A stretch of 63,562 nt of DNA, counting the filler, from Lenisia limosa (lineage: Eukaryota; Protista; Breviatea), in the NCBI GenBank assembly GCA_001655205.1. It is 13 parts of 13 records of this genome, joined end to end, with 100 filler letters (N's around TTAATTAATTAA, not from the genome) between each part and the next. Parts side by side here need not be neighbours in the genome. Positions count along the whole stretch, not along the records: positions 53,604 to 63,562 come from LPNZ01000462.1; 12 more parts are not named here. The stretch is one strand, 5' to 3'. Below are positions 60,705 through 63,562 of this stretch, piece after piece. Under the pieces are notes generated by a model. It made no database searches. It was not told the DNA's origin and was given only the letters and a program-made list of their open reading frames with translations. Every line of letters starts with the position of its first letter. Position 1 is the stretch's first letter. Made by a program: the position numbers and the translations under genes.

Positions 60705-63562
60705 ATGGACTATACAGTCTCCCCCCAGCCAACCAACTACCTTGAAAAGGAGCTTGAAGAAGTCAATTTGACCCATGATGAGCTTGACATTCTTATGGTG
60801 GATGACCAAGAACTCGGACCATCTTCACCTATACCTGTATGTCACATGCGGTCAACTCATCCCATTGGTTTCACCTATTGACCACCATCCCACAAACAGA
60901 TTCGAACCCCTGATGCTAAGCCAAAAGTTGTGAGGGTTCCACAAATTCCACAGAAGGAAACTGAGGAAAATTTTAAAGTGGGGAGGGGTGCATGGTATGT
61001 AATATGACCAATTCATCTCGGATACAGCTGTATTAGTCTGTTTAGCCTGTTCCTCTAATAAACCAAGTATCACATCGTGTCGCGCCAAAACCCTAACCCG
61101 TAAGATCGGATGCTACCTCCTTCATGACGCCGCCAACATCAGCGGTTACGTGTTCCCCGAGTCCGGCCTTGACTCAGAAGCCAGAAAGTACGGAGTTGAG
61201 GCTGCACGGGTTCATTTATCCCTTTAGGTACTATCGACTGTTGCAGTCTACCATTTGGACTCTTTTCATTCGTGTGCTAATCCTTGTAAGCTCACGCTAT
61301 GAGAGGAAATGCCATTGAACGTGATAAAAAAAACTGACAGTCTTCAGGCCAACATGTCACTTGCCTTTTTCGAAAAGCCCACGGAGTTGGAAGTGTCCAA
61401 TAGTGCTCGAATTGTGCGAAGGAATTCGGTGTTATACGCTGAATATCCTTATCTTTTTTTGTCTTACTGCTTAGTTTTTGGTGTCGTTCGAGCTGTTCAC
61501 TCTTTTGATGTTTGGGTTTCATGCTTATGCTGGGTCAAGGTTCCTCCCTAAAAACAACAGAATTTGGAATAAAATCTTCATTGTTCTTGTTATTGTAAGC
61601 GGCGGAGCAGAGAATTCTTTATTCTTGTGTTCCCAGTTCCCTTACCTTTTTTAGCTCAATCTTATCGATATCGTCTTCTACGTTCTTATGGAAAATCGTG
61701 TGCAGCGACTGCCTCGAGTGGTGAGAATGCAATATCACTGGGGAAGTTATTTTGCCTCTACATTAAATAACACTACTCTTGTTTTACTGAAACCTACTTA
61801 CGACCAAGATCCGTTCGGTGTATCTCATATGCATCCATGGTCGACTACAAGTGGTGGCAAGTAGGCGGGTGGTGCAATAATCATGAGTTCAATTGGGCAG
61901 TTAACATTTTCAGAGCAAGTGACAGATGCGGTGAGGGCTGCGGTGGCGCCGATGGTGTTGGTCGTCTCATTCACCGGCATATTTACGGTGCGTGGCCCCT
62001 GTTTAACCTCATTTTCTCTCTAGATTTTCAACACTCTTATCTTTATTAACACGGAAGAAGGCAGACAGTTCTTCCCAAATCTGTGGGGGGGAGGCGTGTT
62101 GGTGGAGGTCGTATTTCCATTACTTTGGAAAAATCTGAATTAAATCACTCCTACGCGCCGGAAAAATACAGTGTTTTTTTCGAGTAACACTCAAAATCCA
62201 GTCAAAATTAGACAAATTAGACTCCAGAGCTCAGAAAGAAAGCCAGAATTTAAAACACATTATTCATTTCCAGTGGTAATCTTGAATATGATGTGGATGA
62301 TTTTGATCCTACAGGTGGGATGGTTTTCTTTCAGTATACATTCTACAGACCACGGCCAACTACCCTGATGTTATGTTAGCGGGATTTTAGATTTACCTGA
62401 GAGATTTGCATATCAAAACAGCATAATTTTGACATTTCTCCATAACCACACAGGATGCCAGCTTACAATGAAAACCAAGCGTGGGGCTTCTTCTTCCTAA
62501 TCCCGACGCTCATCGCAGTGTAGGGGGGGGGGGTCAACAGATGATGTCTTGTCACAATGTGTTAAGTGCTCACCTCTAGACAGGTTCATCCTCTTCCCCA
62601 CAATCCTGTCAACCATTTACGAAGCCTACAGAGCCTCATTGAAGGTAGTATTGGTGTATTAGCCGTTTATTTGTCGCTTATTTTATCAATGATATGTTCA
62701 GGAGTTTACCGAGGAGAATTTCAGTGTCAATCGGAAGCAGTTGAGAGCTGCCTTCAGGAGATTTGCCGGAGGTGAACCCACCAAATATGCAATTATATAT
62801 CATATACAGTACTACTTCCATTATGAAAACTGTTTTACCATTACAATTGTTTCTTTTGTTTTTTTCATTACTCTTTTTTTATCATCATGAAATTATACCA
62901 TTTGATTTCACTGTTTATTGTTCAGGCAAGCCGACCATCAACAGACGAACATTGACCACAGCGCTGCGCTACGTGAGACCTGGCAAACACCACCTCTACT
63001 ACAACATCGTCATGGACACTCTGGCAATGATCCACTCTGGGCCGATTAGTGGGGGGTCAGGCTTTAGTTCTTACGTTTATTATGTTGCCAATACGTTTTA
63101 GTATCCAAACCGTGTCTCACTTTTTAGCTGTAGAACAGTTCCTCAATATTAGTGAGATTTTAGCAGTCAATGTCAGCCTTAAAACTGTGAGTTTGCCCCT
63201 CTTTTGTTCCTTCAAAACTGATTCATTTTGTCATGCTGTAGATTGCAGTTCCTTTCGGTTCAAGCTTTATGCCCAGCTTCACGAACTCCAAACCCATTTC
63301 GGCCCTTCATAAATTTACGAAAAGTGACATGTATGCTTTCATATCATATGATACTGTTCATATCCCATTTGATCGTTTCAGTTTTACTGGTTTCATCAAC
63401 CTTGCCATTGCCATTAATTTTGGATTGGTAGGCCTGTTTTATTACGTTTATCATCGCTGATATTGCTTTTTAACCCTTTTAGGCCAGAGTTTTGACTTCC
63501 AATTATCCCATTTTTATTTTACCATTGTGCGTACTACTCCCCCTCTAGTCCCCCCCTTACTC
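60705..63562 (+). CDS. TPCN: Two-pore channel (TPC), 5' part, runs off the window end
   Basis: YLLHDAANISG...AARYYRLL..IWTLFI, LAFFEKP, WDGFLSVYILQTTANYPDVMMPAYNENQAWGFFF, ILSTIYEAYR, LRAAFRRF (EF-hand linker region), FINLAIAINF. Confidence 0.9.

Overview
Very intron-dense eukaryotic (protist-like) nuclear DNA using the standard genetic code; I cannot assign the species from sequence alone. The window is not one locus. Twelve 100-bp artificial spacers (44 N + TTAATTAATTAA + 44 N) join 13 separate scaffolds, so gene order across spacers is meaningless. Genes recognised by manually splicing exons: condensin CAP-G-like, CEP41, CHMP3/VPS24, a CUL4-type cullin (3' half), a UPF1 C-terminal fragment, ZSWIM2-like SWIM-RING-ZZ ligase, METTL25-like methyltransferase, RPL6, CHMP1, RPS17, a BTAF1/MOT1 fragment, an ACT-repeat protein, HSP10 and a two-pore channel, plus several hypothetical genes. 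The most interesting signal is in the introns. Introns of unrelated genes on different scaffolds share 60-130-nt sequence modules, mostly in sense orientation and often ending exactly at the 3' splice site. Many introns begin GTGGGG and end in C-runs + AG. This is the pattern expected of an Introner-like (intron-generating) element family. Also present: two hAT-type MITE families with verifiable 8-bp target-site duplications, and a GAACTGAAC motif recurring in divergent promoters. Exon coordinates are hand-derived and approximate.
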